Positions 18,561 through 29,025 of a stretch of 32,662 bases of DNA are shown here, in pieces. The notes under the pieces were generated by a model that saw only the letters and a program-made list of their open reading frames with translations, was not told where the DNA came from and ran no database searches. The stretch is from Peduovirus P22H1. The first letter of the stretch is position 1. The number at the start of each line of letters is the position of its first letter. The position numbers and the translations under genes are program-made. The DNA is taken from sequence record NC_049386.1. One strand, 5' to 3'.

Positions 18561-21000
18561 CAATGTAAAATTACAGGTATTGCTCAGGGCTGTTGACCAG
18601 GCATCCCGCCCGTTTAAATCCATCCGTACAGCGAGCAGGTCGCTGTCGGGGGATATCCGGGAAACACAAAAATCACTGCGCGAGCTGAACGGTCACGCAT
18701 CCCGTATTGAGGGATTTCGCAAGACCAGCGCACAGCTCGCCGTGACTGGTCATGCACTTGAAAAGGCACGGCAGGAGGCCGAAGCCCTTGCCACACAGTT
18801 TAAAAACACCGAACGTCCGACACGTGCTCAGGCGAAAGTGCTGGAATCCGCGAAGCGTGCGGCGGAGGACTTACAGGCGAAATATAACCGCCTGACGGAT
18901 TCCGTTAAACGCCAGCAGCGGGAACTGGCCGTTGTGGGAATTAATACCCGCAATCTTGCACATGATGAGCAGGGACTGAAAAACCGTATCAGTGAAACCA
19001 CCGCACAGCTTAACCGTCAGCGCGACGCGCTGGCGCGTGTCAGTGCACAACAGGCAAAACTTAACGCAGTAAAACAGCGTTATCAGGCCGGAAAGGAACT
19101 GGCCGGAAATATGGCCTCAGTGGGTGCTGCCGGTGTGGGGATTGCGGCGGCGGGAACGATGGCCGGAGTTAAGCTGCTGATGCCCGGTTATGAGTTTGCG
19201 CAGAAAAACTCAGAATTGCAGGCCGTGCTCGGAGTGGCAAAAGACTCCGCCGAAATGACCGCACTACGCAAACAGGCGCGCCAGCTCGGCGACAATACCG
19301 CCGCCTCGGCGGATGATGCAGCCGGTGCACAGATTATCATTGCGAAAGCCGGTGGGGATGTTGATGCCATTCAGGCGGCAACGCCGGTCACGCTGAATAT
19401 GGCACTGGCGAACCGCCGCACGATGGAAGAAAACGCCGCCCTGCTGATGGGGATGAAATCCGCCTTTCAGCTTTCAAACGATAAGGTCGCTCATATCGGG
19501 GATGTTCTCTCCATGACGATGAACAAAACCGCCGCTGATTTTGACGGCATGAGCGATGCGCTGACCTATGCCGCACCTGTGGCAAAAAATGCCGGTGTCA
19601 GCATTGAAGAAACCGCCGCAATGGTCGGGGCGCTGCATGATGCAAAAATCACAGGTTCAATGGCGGGGACGGGAAGCCGTGCCGTGTTAAGCCGCCTGCA
19701 GGCACCGACGGGAAAAGCATGGGATGCACTCAAAGAGCTTGGCGTGAAAACCTCAGACAGCAAGGGGAATACCCGACCAGTATTTACCATTCTGAAAGAA
19801 ATGCAGGCCAGTTTTGAGAAAAACCGGCTCGGTACTGCCCAGCAGGCTGAATACATGAAAACCATTTTCGGGGAGGAGGCCAGCTCAGCCGCCGCCGTGC
19901 TGATGACTGCCGCCTCAACTGGAAAGCTGGACAAACTGACCGCTGCGTTTAAAGCCTCAGACGGGAAGACCGCCGAGCTGGTAAATATCATGCAGGACAA
20001 CCTCGGCGGTGACTTTAAGGAGTTTCAGTCCGCTTATGAGGCGGTGGGGACTGACCTGTTTGACCAGCAGGAAGGCGCACTGCGTAAGCTCACGCAGACG
20101 GCCACAAAGTATGTGTTAAAACTCGACGGCTGGATACAGAAAAACAAATCACTGGCGTCAACCATCGGCCTCATTGCCGGTGGTGCACTGGCGCTGACTG
20201 CTGTCATCGGTGCCATTGGCCTCGTAGCCTGGCCGGTTATCACTGGCATCAATGCCATCATCGCGGCAGCAGGCGCAATGGGGGCAATCTTCACGACGGT
20301 TGGCAGTGCTGTTATGACGGCCATCGGGGCGATTAGCTGGCCGGTTGTGGCCGTGGTGGCCGCCATTGTCGCCGGGGCGTTGCTTATCCGTAAATATTGG
20401 GAGCCTGTCAGCGCATTCTTTGGCGGTGTGGTGGAAGGGCTGAAAGCGGCATTTGCGCCGGTGGGGGAACTGTTCACGCCACTTAAGCCGGTGTTTGACT
20501 GGCTGGGCGAAAAGTTACAGGCCGCGTGGCAGTGGTTTAAAAACCTGATTGCCCCGGTCAAAGCCACCCGGGACACCCTGAACCGTTGCCGTGACACGGG
20601 CGTCATGTTCGGGCAGGCACTGGCTGACGCGCTGATGCTGCCGCTTAATGCGTTCAACAAACTGCGCAGCGGTATTGACTGGGTACTGGAAAAACTCGGT
20701 GTTATCAACAAAGAGTCAGACACACTTGACCAGACCGCCGCAAGGACTCATGCCGCCACGTATGGCACCGGTGGGTATATTCCGGCGACCAGCTCTTATG
20801 CAGGCTATCAGGCTTATCAGCCGGTCACGGCACCGGCTGGCCGCTCTTATGTAGACCAGAGTAAAAACGAATATCACATCAGCCTTACGGGTGGTACTGC
20901 GCCGGGGACACAGCTTGACCGCCAGTTACAGGATGCACTCGAAAAATACGAGCGGGATAAACGTGCGCGCGCCCGTGCCAGCATGATGCATGACGGTTAA
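18553..21000 (+). CDS. T: Tail tape measure protein gpT
   Basis: 815 aa, the P2 gpT length; coiled-coil N-terminal region and Gly/Ala-rich hydrophobic central segments. Confidence 0.9.
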   Translation: MSNNVKLQVLLRAVDQASRPFKSIRTASRSLSGDIRETQKSLRELNGHASRIEGFRKTSAQLAVTGHALEKARQEAEALATQFKNTERPTRAQAKVLESAKRAAEDLQAKYNRLTDSVKRQQRELAVVGINTRNLAHDEQGLKNRISETTAQLNRQRDALARVSAQQAKLNAVKQRYQAGKELAGNMASVGAAGVGIAAAGTMAGVKLLMPGYEFAQKNSELQAVLGVAKDSAEMTALRKQARQLGDNTAASADDAAGAQIIIAKAGGDVDAIQAATPVTLNMALANRRTMEENAALLMGMKSAFQLSNDKVAHIGDVLSMTMNKTAADFDGMSDALTYAAPVAKNAGVSIEETAAMVGALHDAKITGSMAGTGSRAVLSRLQAPTGKAWDALKELGVKTSDSKGNTRPVFTILKEMQASFEKNRLGTAQQAEYMKTIFGEEASSAAAVLMTAASTGKLDKLTAAFKASDGKTAELVNIMQDNLGGDFKEFQSAYEAVGTDLFDQQEGALRKLTQTATKYVLKLDGWIQKNKSLASTIGLIAGGALALTAVIGAIGLVAWPVITGINAIIAAAGAMGAIFTTVGSAVMTAIGAISWPVVAVVAAIVAGALLIRKYWEPVSAFFGGVVEGLKAAFAPVGELFTPLKPVFDWLGEKLQAAWQWFKNLIAPVKATRDTLNRCRDTGVMFGQALADALMLPLNAFNKLRSGIDWVLEKLGVINKESDTLDQTAARTHAATYGTGGYIPATSSYAGYQAYQPVTAPAGRSYVDQSKNEYHISLTGGTAPGTQLDRQLQDALEKYERDKRARARASMMHDG

Positions 21001-21014
21001 GGAGGTGACGAACA

Positions 21015-21494
21015 ATGATGCTCGCGTTAGGTATGTTTGTTTTTATGCGCCAGACGCTGCCACACCAGACCATGCAGCGTGAATCAGATTATCGCTGGCC
21101 GTCAAATTCCCGTATCGGTAAACGGGATGCCTTTCAGTTTCTCGGTGTGGGTGAGGAAAACATCACGCTTGCCGGTGTGCTTTATCCCGAACTGACCGGC
21201 GGCAAGCTGACGATGACCACGCTCAGGCTGATGGCAGAGGAAGGCCGGGCGTGGCCGTTGCTGGATGGCACCGGCATGATTTACGGCATGTATGTCATCA
21301 GCAGGGTGAGTGAAACAGGGAGTATTTTCTTTGCAGACGGCACACCCCGGAAAATTGATTTTACGCTGTCACTTACCCGCGTTGATGAATCACTGGCCGC
21401 GCTTTATGGCGATATAGGTAAACAGGCGGAATCGCTCATCGGTAAGGCTGGCAGTATGGCGACTAAATTCACGGGTATGACGGGGGCGGGATAA
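21015..21494 (+). CDS. U: Tail protein gpU
   Basis: 159 aa, the P2 gpU length; synteny. Confidence 0.8.
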   Translation: MMLALGMFVFMRQTLPHQTMQRESDYRWPSNSRIGKRDAFQFLGVGEENITLAGVLYPELTGGKLTMTTLRLMAEEGRAWPLLDGTGMIYGMYVISRVSETGSIFFADGTPRKIDFTLSLTRVDESLAALYGDIGKQAESLIGKAGSMATKFTGMTGAG

Positions 21495-22657
21495 TGCTGG
21501 ATGCGCTGACATTTGATGCAGGCAGTACGCTGACACCGGATTACATGCTGATGCTCGACAGCAGGGATATTACCGGCAATATCAGCGACCGTCTGATGAG
21601 CATGACCCTGACGGATAACCGGGGCTTTGAGGCTGACCAGCTTGATATTGAACTGAACGATGCCGACGGGCAGGTCGGGCTGCCGGTTCGTGGCGCTGTC
21701 CTGACGGTGTATATCGGCTGGAAAGGTTTTGCCCTGGTATGCAAAGGGAAATTCACCGTTGATGAGGTTGAACACCGGGGCGCACCGGATGTGGTTACCA
21801 TCCGCGCCCGGAGTGCAGATTTTCGCGGGACGCTCAATTCCCGCCGTGAAGGCTCCTGGCATGACACCACGCTCGGTGCGATTGTTGAGGCGATAGCCTC
21901 CCGTAACAGGCTGGAAGCCAGTGTCGCGCCGTCACTGGCAGGAATTAAAATCCCGCACATCGACCAGTCGCAGGAGTCTGATGCGAAATTCCTGACCCGT
22001 CTTGCAGAACGCAACGGTGGTGAGGTCTCGGTAAAAATGGGAAAACTGTTGTTTCTCAAAGCGGGGCAGGGGGTGACGGCCAGCGGTAAAAAAATCCCGC
22101 AGGTCACCATAACCCGCAGCGACGGCGACCGCCACCATTTTGCGATTGCTGACCGTGGAGCCTATACCGGCGTAACGGCAAAGTGGCTTCACACCAAAGA
22201 CCCGAAGCCGCAAAAGCAGAAGGTAAAACTGAAACGCAAAAAGAAAGAAAAACACCTGCGCGCACTGGAGCACCCGAAAGCGAAACCAGTCACGCAGAAG
22301 AAAGCGCCAAAAGTACCGGAAGCGCGCGAAGGTGAATACATGGCCGGTGAGGCTGACAACGTTTTTGCCCTGACCACGGTATATGCCACGAAAGCGCAGG
22401 CCATGCGCGCCGCTCAGGCGAAGTGGGACAAACTGCAACGGGGCGTCGCGGAGTTCTCCATCAGTCTGGCTACCGGTCGGGCAGATATTTACACGGAAAC
22501 GCCGGTCAAAGTGTCAGGCTTTAAGCGCGTCATAGACGAGCAGGACTGGACAATCACTAAGGTGACACATTTTCTGAATAATAGCGGCTTCACGACGTCC
22601 TTGGAGCTTGAGGTCAGGCTTTCTGATGTGGAGTACGAAACAGAAGATGATGAGTGA
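21494..22657 (+). CDS. D: Tail protein gpD
   Basis: 387 aa, the P2 gpD length; last gene of the tail operon. Confidence 0.85.
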   Translation: MLDALTFDAGSTLTPDYMLMLDSRDITGNISDRLMSMTLTDNRGFEADQLDIELNDADGQVGLPVRGAVLTVYIGWKGFALVCKGKFTVDEVEHRGAPDVVTIRARSADFRGTLNSRREGSWHDTTLGAIVEAIASRNRLEASVAPSLAGIKIPHIDQSQESDAKFLTRLAERNGGEVSVKMGKLLFLKAGQGVTASGKKIPQVTITRSDGDRHHFAIADRGAYTGVTAKWLHTKDPKPQKQKVKLKRKKKEKHLRALEHPKAKPVTQKKAPKVPEAREGEYMAGEADNVFALTTVYATKAQAMRAAQAKWDKLQRGVAEFSISLATGRADIYTETPVKVSGFKRVIDEQDWTITKVTHFLNNSGFTTSLELEVRLSDVEYETEDDE

Positions 22658-22738
22658 TGTTTTTATTTTATCTGTTTGTTTTATAAGGATAAATTAACTA
22701 AAATGGCACCATCAACAAAACCGGAAGAGGTGCTCGCG

Positions 22739-22957
22739 ATGTTTCATTGTCCTTTATGCCAGCATGCCGCACATGCGCGTACAAGTCGCTATATCACTGA
22801 CACGACAAAAGAGCGTTATCACCAGTGCCAGAACGTGAATTGCAGCGCCACGTTCATCACTTATGAGTCGGTACAGCGATACATCGTGAAGCCGGGAGAA
22901 GTCCACGCCGTAAGGCCGCACCCGTTACCGTCAGGGCAGCAAATTATGTGGATGTAA
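22739..22957 (+). CDS. ogr: Late transcription activator Ogr (zinc-finger)
   Basis: Internal start MFHCPLCQHAAHARTSRY gives 72 aa, the Ogr length; Cys motifs CPLC and CQNVNC; track ORF starts 21 codons upstream. Confidence 0.85.
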   Translation: MFHCPLCQHAAHARTSRYITDTTKERYHQCQNVNCSATFITYESVQRYIVKPGEVHAVRPHPLPSGQQIMWM

Positions 22958-22969
22958 TTACAAACAGAA

Positions 22970-22994
22970 AGCCCCTCAGTCGAGGGGCTTTTTT
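22970..22994 (+). terminator. Rho-independent terminator after ogr
   Basis: Hairpin AGCCCCTC-agtc-GAGGGGCT followed by a T-run, 13 nt after the ogr stop. Confidence 0.7.
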
Positions 22995-23058
22995 GTCGAT
23001 GTGGTCAATGTGTGGACGTGACCAGAAATAAATCCTTTTATTTCATTGTATTACGCGT

Positions 23059-23085
23059 AAAAAATAAGCCCGTGTAAGGGAGATT
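23059..23085. other. attP: Phage attachment site attP core (P2-type 27-nt core)
   Basis: AAAAAATAAGCCCGTGTAAGGGAGATT, which matches the P2 attP core as I recall it, between ogr and int and present once only. Confidence 0.6.
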
Positions 23086-23164
23086 TAGGGTGTCACCAGT
23101 AGGGGCTTTCAACGGTACAATGCGGGTTTGAGCGGCATAAATTACCACTGAAAGCCCTTAAACG

Positions 23165-24178
23165 TTACTCTACTGTGGACACTGTGTGGACACTCTCGGC
23201 CTCAGTACCACCTCTTAGCGGATTAAGAGAAATGGCGTCCTGAAGGTACTCTGGCGCAAAATGAGCGTAAACCATAGTTTGCTCAATCCGCGTGTGACCT
23301 AGTATCCGTTGTAGCGTGATAATACTTCCTCCATTAATCATGAAATGAGTGGCAAAGCTGTGCCTTAGTGCATGTGTGGCTTGCCCCATTGGCAAATCCG
23401 GTTTTATTGCTTTCATTGTTCGTCTGAAGCGAGGGTAATCAGCATCAGGGAATAAAAAACCTCGTTTGTTATCCGCGATCATTTTGGCAACAGCCTCTGA
23501 GATCGGGACGGTGCGTGGTTTGTTTGTTTTCGTTTTAACAAACGTGACGCGGTTATGGATGATATTTTCTGCTTTCAAACGAGCTGCTTCTCCCCAACGT
23601 GCTCCAGTACTCAGGCAAAGAATCGCAATCTTTTTGTTGTCGCCGTCAAGAGCAGCAAGCAGTAAGGCAATTTCTTCCTGCGTGAGATAGCCTGTGTCTG
23701 GTTTTTCCTCCTTAAGCCTTTTTGTCCCTCTGATAGGGTGCTCACCAAAGAATAACTCCGCTTCAATCAGGGCTGTAAACATGCCGCTAATACATGTTAA
23801 ATCACGATTGATACTCGAAGGTTTAATACCCTGACTTCTTCGGGTGGCGCAGTACTGGCTGATAAGCGATTTCGTAATTTGAAATGCGCATGGGTCATTC
23901 GTTATTTTTGTGAAGATTTCAATTTTTCCAAGATTAGATTTCCCATGCTCTTCGTGTTTACCCTTTAAATCCCACCAGATCTGTGTCAGCTCCGACAGAC
24001 GTCGCTTGTCTGTTGGTTTTGATAGCCATTCTTTATTGTGGTGGTTGTACAACGTGTATTTCTCGAAAGCGACAGCTTCGCTTTTCTTATCAAACTTCCT
24101 ACGGATGCGTTTTCCATTACGTCCAGTAGGGCGGATGTCCACTTCATATCGACCATCATCGAGTTTTTTGATTGCCAT
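23165..24178 (-). CDS. int: Tyrosine integrase
   Basis: 337 aa, the P2 Int length; C-terminal catalytic region HALRHSFATHF...LGHTRIEQTMVYAHF with the conserved R, H-x-x-R and Y residues. Confidence 0.9.
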   Translation of the reverse strand: MAIKKLDDGRYEVDIRPTGRNGKRIRRKFDKKSEAVAFEKYTLYNHHNKEWLSKPTDKRRLSELTQIWWDLKGKHEEHGKSNLGKIEIFTKITNDPCAFQITKSLISQYCATRRSQGIKPSSINRDLTCISGMFTALIEAELFFGEHPIRGTKRLKEEKPDTGYLTQEEIALLLAALDGDNKKIAILCLSTGARWGEAARLKAENIIHNRVTFVKTKTNKPRTVPISEAVAKMIADNKRGFLFPDADYPRFRRTMKAIKPDLPMGQATHALRHSFATHFMINGGSIITLQRILGHTRIEQTMVYAHFAPEYLQDAISLNPLRGGTEAESVHTVSTVE

Positions 24179-24293
24179 CAGAAAACCCTCCGAGTGGTGT
24201 GTTTTTTTGCGACTACTAATCGCTTTTTTCGTGGTGGCTGAAATTTAGCCACCAATAGTAGGCACTTGTGATGAATATATTCACGATGAATTG

Positions 24294-24593
24294 TTAACCA
24301 GTCTTTTGACCGGAGTGGGGCGACGTTGTTTCGTTTTGCCCAAAGTGTGCGAGAGCGGGCGCAATTTGCCCGGACTCAGGAGCGATCTGATTGGTCATGA
24401 ACCATAAAGTGTATTTGGTGAATTGTGGGGTCTGCAGGATGTTCATCATGACATCTGTTGGAGGTGTTGAACGACCACTTTCATAGTAACTCAGCGTGCC
24501 ATACGGAACCCCTGTTAAATCAGCAAGTTGTTGTCTGCTCAAATACTCTGATTTTCGCATTAAGACTATCTTCTCGCTTATCGTGTTTGACAT
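24294..24593 (-). CDS. C: Immunity repressor C
   Basis: 99 aa, the P2 C length; HTH segment LSRQQLADLTGVPYGTLSYYESG; divergent from cox. Confidence 0.85.
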   Translation of the reverse strand: MSNTISEKIVLMRKSEYLSRQQLADLTGVPYGTLSYYESGRSTPPTDVMMNILQTPQFTKYTLWFMTNQIAPESGQIAPALAHFGQNETTSPHSGQKTG

Positions 24594-24707
24594 GGTGTTT
24601 AGATCTCAATAGTATTTAGTTTAGATGTAGATTGTTTAGTGCTTGGATGTGGGCACTAAAAGGCATTATAAGACATTAAACGCAATTCATGAGGGCTAGA
24701 GGACGAC
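24594..24707. promoter_or_regulatory. Immunity switch region with divergent promoters and operator direct repeats
   Basis: Intergenic region between divergent C and cox containing repeated TTTAG(AT) units (GTTTAGATC, ATTTAGTTTAGATGTAGATTGTTTAGTG); P2 C binds direct repeats at this position. Confidence 0.5.
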
Positions 24708-24983
24708 ATGAGCAAGCAAGTAACACTCATGACTGATGCGATTCCTTATCAGGAGTTCGCAAAACTAATAGGAAAATCGACAGGAGCGGTTCGTCGGATG
24801 ATCGATAAAGGAAAGCTGCCTGTAATTGATATGACCGATCCACAATCAGCTTCAGGTCGTGCAGGTGAATATTGGGTATACCTTCCGGCATGGAATAACG
24901 GACTAAAACTGGCTTATGAAAGCCGCCCTAAAGAGATTCGTGACGGCTGGTTGATGTGGTTAGGTCTCGGTGAACCACGTTAA
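24708..24983 (+). CDS. cox: Cox excision/transcriptional switch protein
   Basis: 91 aa, the P2 Cox length; first gene of the early rightward operon. Confidence 0.8.
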   Translation: MSKQVTLMTDAIPYQEFAKLIGKSTGAVRRMIDKGKLPVIDMTDPQSASGRAGEYWVYLPAWNNGLKLAYESRPKEIRDGWLMWLGLGEPR

Positions 24984-24993
24984 GGAGAACCGT

Positions 24994-25164
24994 ATGAATG
25001 AGCCTCGTTGTATTGCTCAGTTACTGCGTAACGAAAGCCCCAGGGCGATTGACTTCACCATCACCCACGGTAAGGGGCGTAAGGGAATCATTATCCGCAC
25101 CAAAAAACAGAGTCCGTTAAAAAAGGCTCTGACCTTTCTGAAAAGCCGGAGGGTATGGAAATGA
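24994..25164 (+). CDS. Small early protein (P2 orf78-like), function unknown
   Basis: Start MNEPRC at 24994 with Shine-Dalgarno AAGGAG six nt upstream; track ORF begins earlier at 24970 and overlaps cox. Confidence 0.5.
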   Translation: MNEPRCIAQLLRNESPRAIDFTITHGKGRKGIIIRTKKQSPLKKALTFLKSRRVWK

Positions 25165-25661
25165 CAGTGATGACGCTCAATCTCGTTGAAAAACAGCCAG
25201 CAGCTATGCGCCGGATAATTGGTAAGCATCTTGCCGTTCCTCGCTGGCAGGATACATGTGATTATTATAATCAGATGATGGAGCGCGAACGGTTAACGGT
25301 TTGCTTCCATGCTCAGTTAAAACAGCGTCACGCAACGATGTGTTTTGAAGAAATGAACGACGTCGAACGTGAACGACTGGTATGTGCAATTGATGAATTG
25401 CGTGGTGCATTCTCAAAACGCCGTCAGGTTGGCGCAAGTGAGTATGCATATATTAGTTTTTTAACAGTCAGTCAGCGTCGTACTTTATTTATGCATGCCG
25501 GATTGACTGAAAAAGAATTCAACCAGCCATACTGGCGAATTAATGAAGAGTCATGTTACTGGCGTGATGCTTTATTCCGTGCATTACGTGAATTATTCAG
25601 TCTGTTTGAGTATGCACCGATAATTCTGACGTCGGTAAAACCGGAGCAATATCTGCATTAA
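25161..25661 (+). CDS. B: Replication protein B
   Basis: Start MTVMTLNL gives 166 aa, the P2 B length; GGAGGG upstream; track ORF begins two codons earlier. Confidence 0.75.
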   Translation: MTVMTLNLVEKQPAAMRRIIGKHLAVPRWQDTCDYYNQMMERERLTVCFHAQLKQRHATMCFEEMNDVERERLVCAIDELRGAFSKRRQVGASEYAYISFLTVSQRRTLFMHAGLTEKEFNQPYWRINEESCYWRDALFRALRELFSLFEYAPIILTSVKPEQYLH

Positions 25662-25724
25662 GTAATTAACCAGAGTTTTTAACGCACTTAATTGTGCGGG
25701 GCTTCTTTTTGCCTGGAGAAAGTT

Positions 25725-25949
25725 ATGCATACAGTTTCTGAAAATCAGTGCGGTATATACGCATTACTGCTGCAACAGGCCAGAACCGAAGCACAGGCCG
25801 ACGCTGCGACGCGCTTTTCTTCTCATCTTGATGCCATGATTCGCCACATCACAAAGGCGGAGTTATCCCGCGTGGAGATAGTCGAGCTGCTCAGTCAGGA
25901 GTCGGAAAAATTTCACAATATCGGATTGTCTCGCGGGGAGGTGCTTTGA
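25725..25949 (+). CDS. Small early protein (P2 orf80-like), function unknown
   Basis: Start MHTVSENQ with GGAG six nt upstream; P2 early-operon position. Confidence 0.5.
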
Positions 25950-26251
25950 TGTTCTGTTCTCGTTCAGTTGTATTACTGAATAACGCCTTAAAAATCGCCG
26001 TTATGAAAAATGGCGATTTGTCTCTTATTCAACTTGGTCTTGATAAAGAAAAACGCGAAATAACTGAGTCTGTTATCGCGATTTATCAGAACGAATTAAA
26101 CCTCCTGTCTGATGTGGTCAATTTACTTGTTAAACGCGCTGTGTTTCACAAGCAAATCTCCTCCGTGGATGAACTGACGAAATTAACGACAGAAATCGCC
26201 AGCTATTGCGCTGATGAATTTAAAAACCTTAACGACAAAAGGAACTGGTAA
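25946..26251 (+). CDS. Small early protein (P2 orf81-like), function unknown
   Basis: 101-aa ORF overlapping the previous stop; more AT-rich than its neighbours. Confidence 0.5.
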
Positions 26252-26475
26252 TGCCGGACAACGTAGATTTTATTCAGGAACAACAGGCTGAATTACTGGA
26301 GCGCCAGATTAACGCGGCAAGGGTAAAACATTGCGGTGCTTCTGCGCTGGTTTGCGAAGAGTGTGACGCGCCAATACCTGCTGCCCGTCGTGCGGCTTAC
26401 CCGTCAGCCACGCGTTGTGTTTCCTGTCAGTCAGTCTTTGAAGCAAAAAACAAACATTACCGGAGAACGGCATGA
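26251..26475 (+). CDS. TraR/DksA-type zinc-finger protein (P2 orf82-like)
   Basis: 74 aa with a C4 motif CEECDAP...CVSCQ; start overlaps the preceding stop. Confidence 0.6.
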   Translation: MPDNVDFIQEQQAELLERQINAARVKHCGASALVCEECDAPIPAARRAAYPSATRCVSCQSVFEAKNKHYRRTA

Positions 26476-26747
26476 GTATTCGTATTGAAATTGGCGAACG
26501 TTATGTCGTTACCAGTGACAGCTTTCAGTTTATTCTCCACGAGAAAAAGAGAGCGGAAAGCGGTAAAAACGCCGGTCAGGAATGGCTGGCGGTGGTTGGT
26601 TATTACCCGAAATTAAGCCAGCTCGTTTCAGGCCTGATGCATCACGATATTCTGACCGGAAGCGCAAAGTCTTTTGCTGATTTAAACGTGCAGGTTGAGC
26701 AACTCAGCAAGCGTTGTTCAGAGGCTTTTGGCTCATATGGCCGTTAA
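26472..26747 (+). CDS. Small early protein (P2 orf83-like), function unknown
   Basis: 91-aa ORF with overlapping start; P2 early-operon position upstream of A. Confidence 0.5.
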   Translation: MSIRIEIGERYVVTSDSFQFILHEKKRAESGKNAGQEWLAVVGYYPKLSQLVSGLMHHDILTGSAKSFADLNVQVEQLSKRCSEAFGSYGR

Positions 26748-29025
26748 AGCCTCCGGGCGTTTTGTCCCTCCGTCAGCATTTGCCGCAGGCACCGGTAAGG
26801 CGTTTACCGGTGCTTATGCATGGAACGCGCCACGCGAGGCTGTCGGGCGCGAAAGACCCCTTACACGTGACGAGATGCGTCAGGTGCAAGGTGTTTTATC
26901 CACGATTAACCGCCTGCCTTACTTTTTGCGCTCGCTGTTTACTTCACGCTATGACTACATCCGGCGCAATAAAAGCCCGGTGCACGGGTTTTATTTTCTC
27001 ACATCCACTTTTCAGCGTCGTTTATGGCCGCGCATTGAGCGTGTGAATCAGCGCCATGAAATGAACACCGACGCGTCGTTGCTGTTTCTGGCAGAGCGTG
27101 ACCATTATGCGCGTCTGCCGGGGATGAATGACAAGGAGCTGAAAAAGTTTGCCGCCCGTATCTCATCGCAGCTTTTCATGATGTATGAGGAACTCTGCGA
27201 TGCCTGGGTGGATGCGCATGGCGAAAAAGAATCGCTGTTTACGGATGAGGCGCAGGCTCACCTCTATGGTCATGTTGCTGGTGCTGCACGTGCTTTCAAT
27301 ATTTCCCCTCTCTACTGGAAAAAATACCGTAAAGGGCAGATGACCACGAGGCAGGCATATTCTGCCATTGTCCGTCTGTTTAACGATGAGTGGTGGACCC
27401 ATCAGCTTAAAGGCCAGCGTATGCGCTGGCATGAGGCGTTACTGATTGCTGTCGGGGAGGTCAATAAAGACCGTTCTCCTTATGCCAGTAAACATGCCAT
27501 TCGTGATGTGCGTGCACGCCGCCAGGCAAATCTGGAATTTCTTAAATCGTGTGATCTCGAAAACAGGGAAACCGGCGAGCGCATCGACCTTATCAGTAAG
27601 GTGATGGGCAGTATTTCTAATCCTGAAATTCGCCGGATGGAGCTGATGAACACCATTGCCGGTATTGAGCGTTACGCCGCAGCAGAGGGTGATGTGGGGA
27701 TGTTTATCACGCTGACCGCGCCGTCAAAGTATCACCCGACACGTCAGGTCAGAAAAGGCGAAAGTAAAACCGTCCAGCTAAATCACGGCTGGAACGATGA
27801 GGCATTTAATCCAAAGGATGCGCAGCGTTATCTCTGCCGTATCTGGAGCCTGATGCGCACGGCATTCAAGGATAATGATTTACAGGTCTACGGTTTGCGT
27901 GTCGTCGAGCCACACCACGACGGAACGCCGCACTGGCATATGATGCTTTTTTGTAATCCGCGCCAGCGTAACCAGATTATCGAAATCATGCGTCGCTATG
28001 CGCTCAAAGAGGATGGCGACGAAAGAGGAGCCGCGCGAAACCGTTTTCAGGCAAAACATCTTAACCGGGGCGGTGCTGCGGGATATATCGCGAAATACAT
28101 TTCAAAAAACATCGACGGCTATGCACTGGATGGTCAGCTCGATAACGACACCGGCAGGCCGCTGAAAGACACTGCAGCGGCTGTTAGCGCATGGGCGTCA
28201 ACGTGGCGCATCCCGCAATTTAAAACGGTTGGCCTGCCGACAATGGGGGCTTACCGTGAACTACGCAAATTGCCGCGCGGCGTCAGCATTGCTGATGAGT
28301 TTGACGAGCGCGTCGAGGCTGCACGCGCCGCCGCAGACAGTGGTGATTTTGCGTTGTATATCAGCGCGCAGGGTGGGGCAAATGTCCCGCGCGATTGTCA
28401 GACTGTCAGAGTCGCCCGTATCCCGTCGGATGACGTTAACGAGTACGAGGAAGAAGTCGAGAGAGTGGTCGGCATTTACGCGCCGCATCTCGGCGCGCGT
28501 CATATTCATATCACCAGAACGACGGACTGGCGCATTGTGCCGAAAGTTCCGGTCGTTGAGCCTTTGACTTTAAAAAGCGGCATCGCCGCGCCTCGGAGTC
28601 CTGTCAATAACTGTGGAAAACTCACCGGTGGTGATACTTCGTTACCGGTTCCCACACCTTCTGAGCACGCCGCAGCAGTGCTTAATCTGGTTGATGACGG
28701 TGTTATCGAATGGAGTGACCCGGAGGTCGTGAGGGCGCTCAGAGGTGCATTAAAACACGGTCGGAGAACGCCAAATCGTCAGCAAAGAAACGGAAGCCCG
28801 TTAAAACCACATGAAATTGCACCATCGGCCAGACTGGCCCGGTCGGAACGAATGCAAATTACCCGTATCCGCGTTGACCTTGCTCAGAACGGTATCAGGC
28901 CGCAGCGATGGGAGCTTGAGGCGCTGGCGCGTGGCGCGACCGTAAATTATGACGGGAAAAAATTCACGTATCCGGTCGCTGATGAGTGGTTCGGATTTCA
29001 AGATGAAGTGTCATTTTTTATATAA
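26737..29025 (+). CDS. A: Rolling-circle replication initiator (nickase) gpA
   Basis: Start MAVKASGRFVP gives about 762 aa versus about 761 for P2 gpA; last conserved gene before the cos-proximal variable region. Confidence 0.85.
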   Translation: MAVKASGRFVPPSAFAAGTGKAFTGAYAWNAPREAVGRERPLTRDEMRQVQGVLSTINRLPYFLRSLFTSRYDYIRRNKSPVHGFYFLTSTFQRRLWPRIERVNQRHEMNTDASLLFLAERDHYARLPGMNDKELKKFAARISSQLFMMYEELCDAWVDAHGEKESLFTDEAQAHLYGHVAGAARAFNISPLYWKKYRKGQMTTRQAYSAIVRLFNDEWWTHQLKGQRMRWHEALLIAVGEVNKDRSPYASKHAIRDVRARRQANLEFLKSCDLENRETGERIDLISKVMGSISNPEIRRMELMNTIAGIERYAAAEGDVGMFITLTAPSKYHPTRQVRKGESKTVQLNHGWNDEAFNPKDAQRYLCRIWSLMRTAFKDNDLQVYGLRVVEPHHDGTPHWHMMLFCNPRQRNQIIEIMRRYALKEDGDERGAARNRFQAKHLNRGGAAGYIAKYISKNIDGYALDGQLDNDTGRPLKDTAAAVSAWASTWRIPQFKTVGLPTMGAYRELRKLPRGVSIADEFDERVEAARAAADSGDFALYISAQGGANVPRDCQTVRVARIPSDDVNEYEEEVERVVGIYAPHLGARHIHITRTTDWRIVPKVPVVEPLTLKSGIAAPRSPVNNCGKLTGGDTSLPVPTPSEHAAAVLNLVDDGVIEWSDPEVVRALRGALKHGRRTPNRQQRNGSPLKPHEIAPSARLARSERMQITRIRVDLAQNGIRPQRWELEALARGATVNYDGKKFTYPVADEWFGFQDEVSFFI

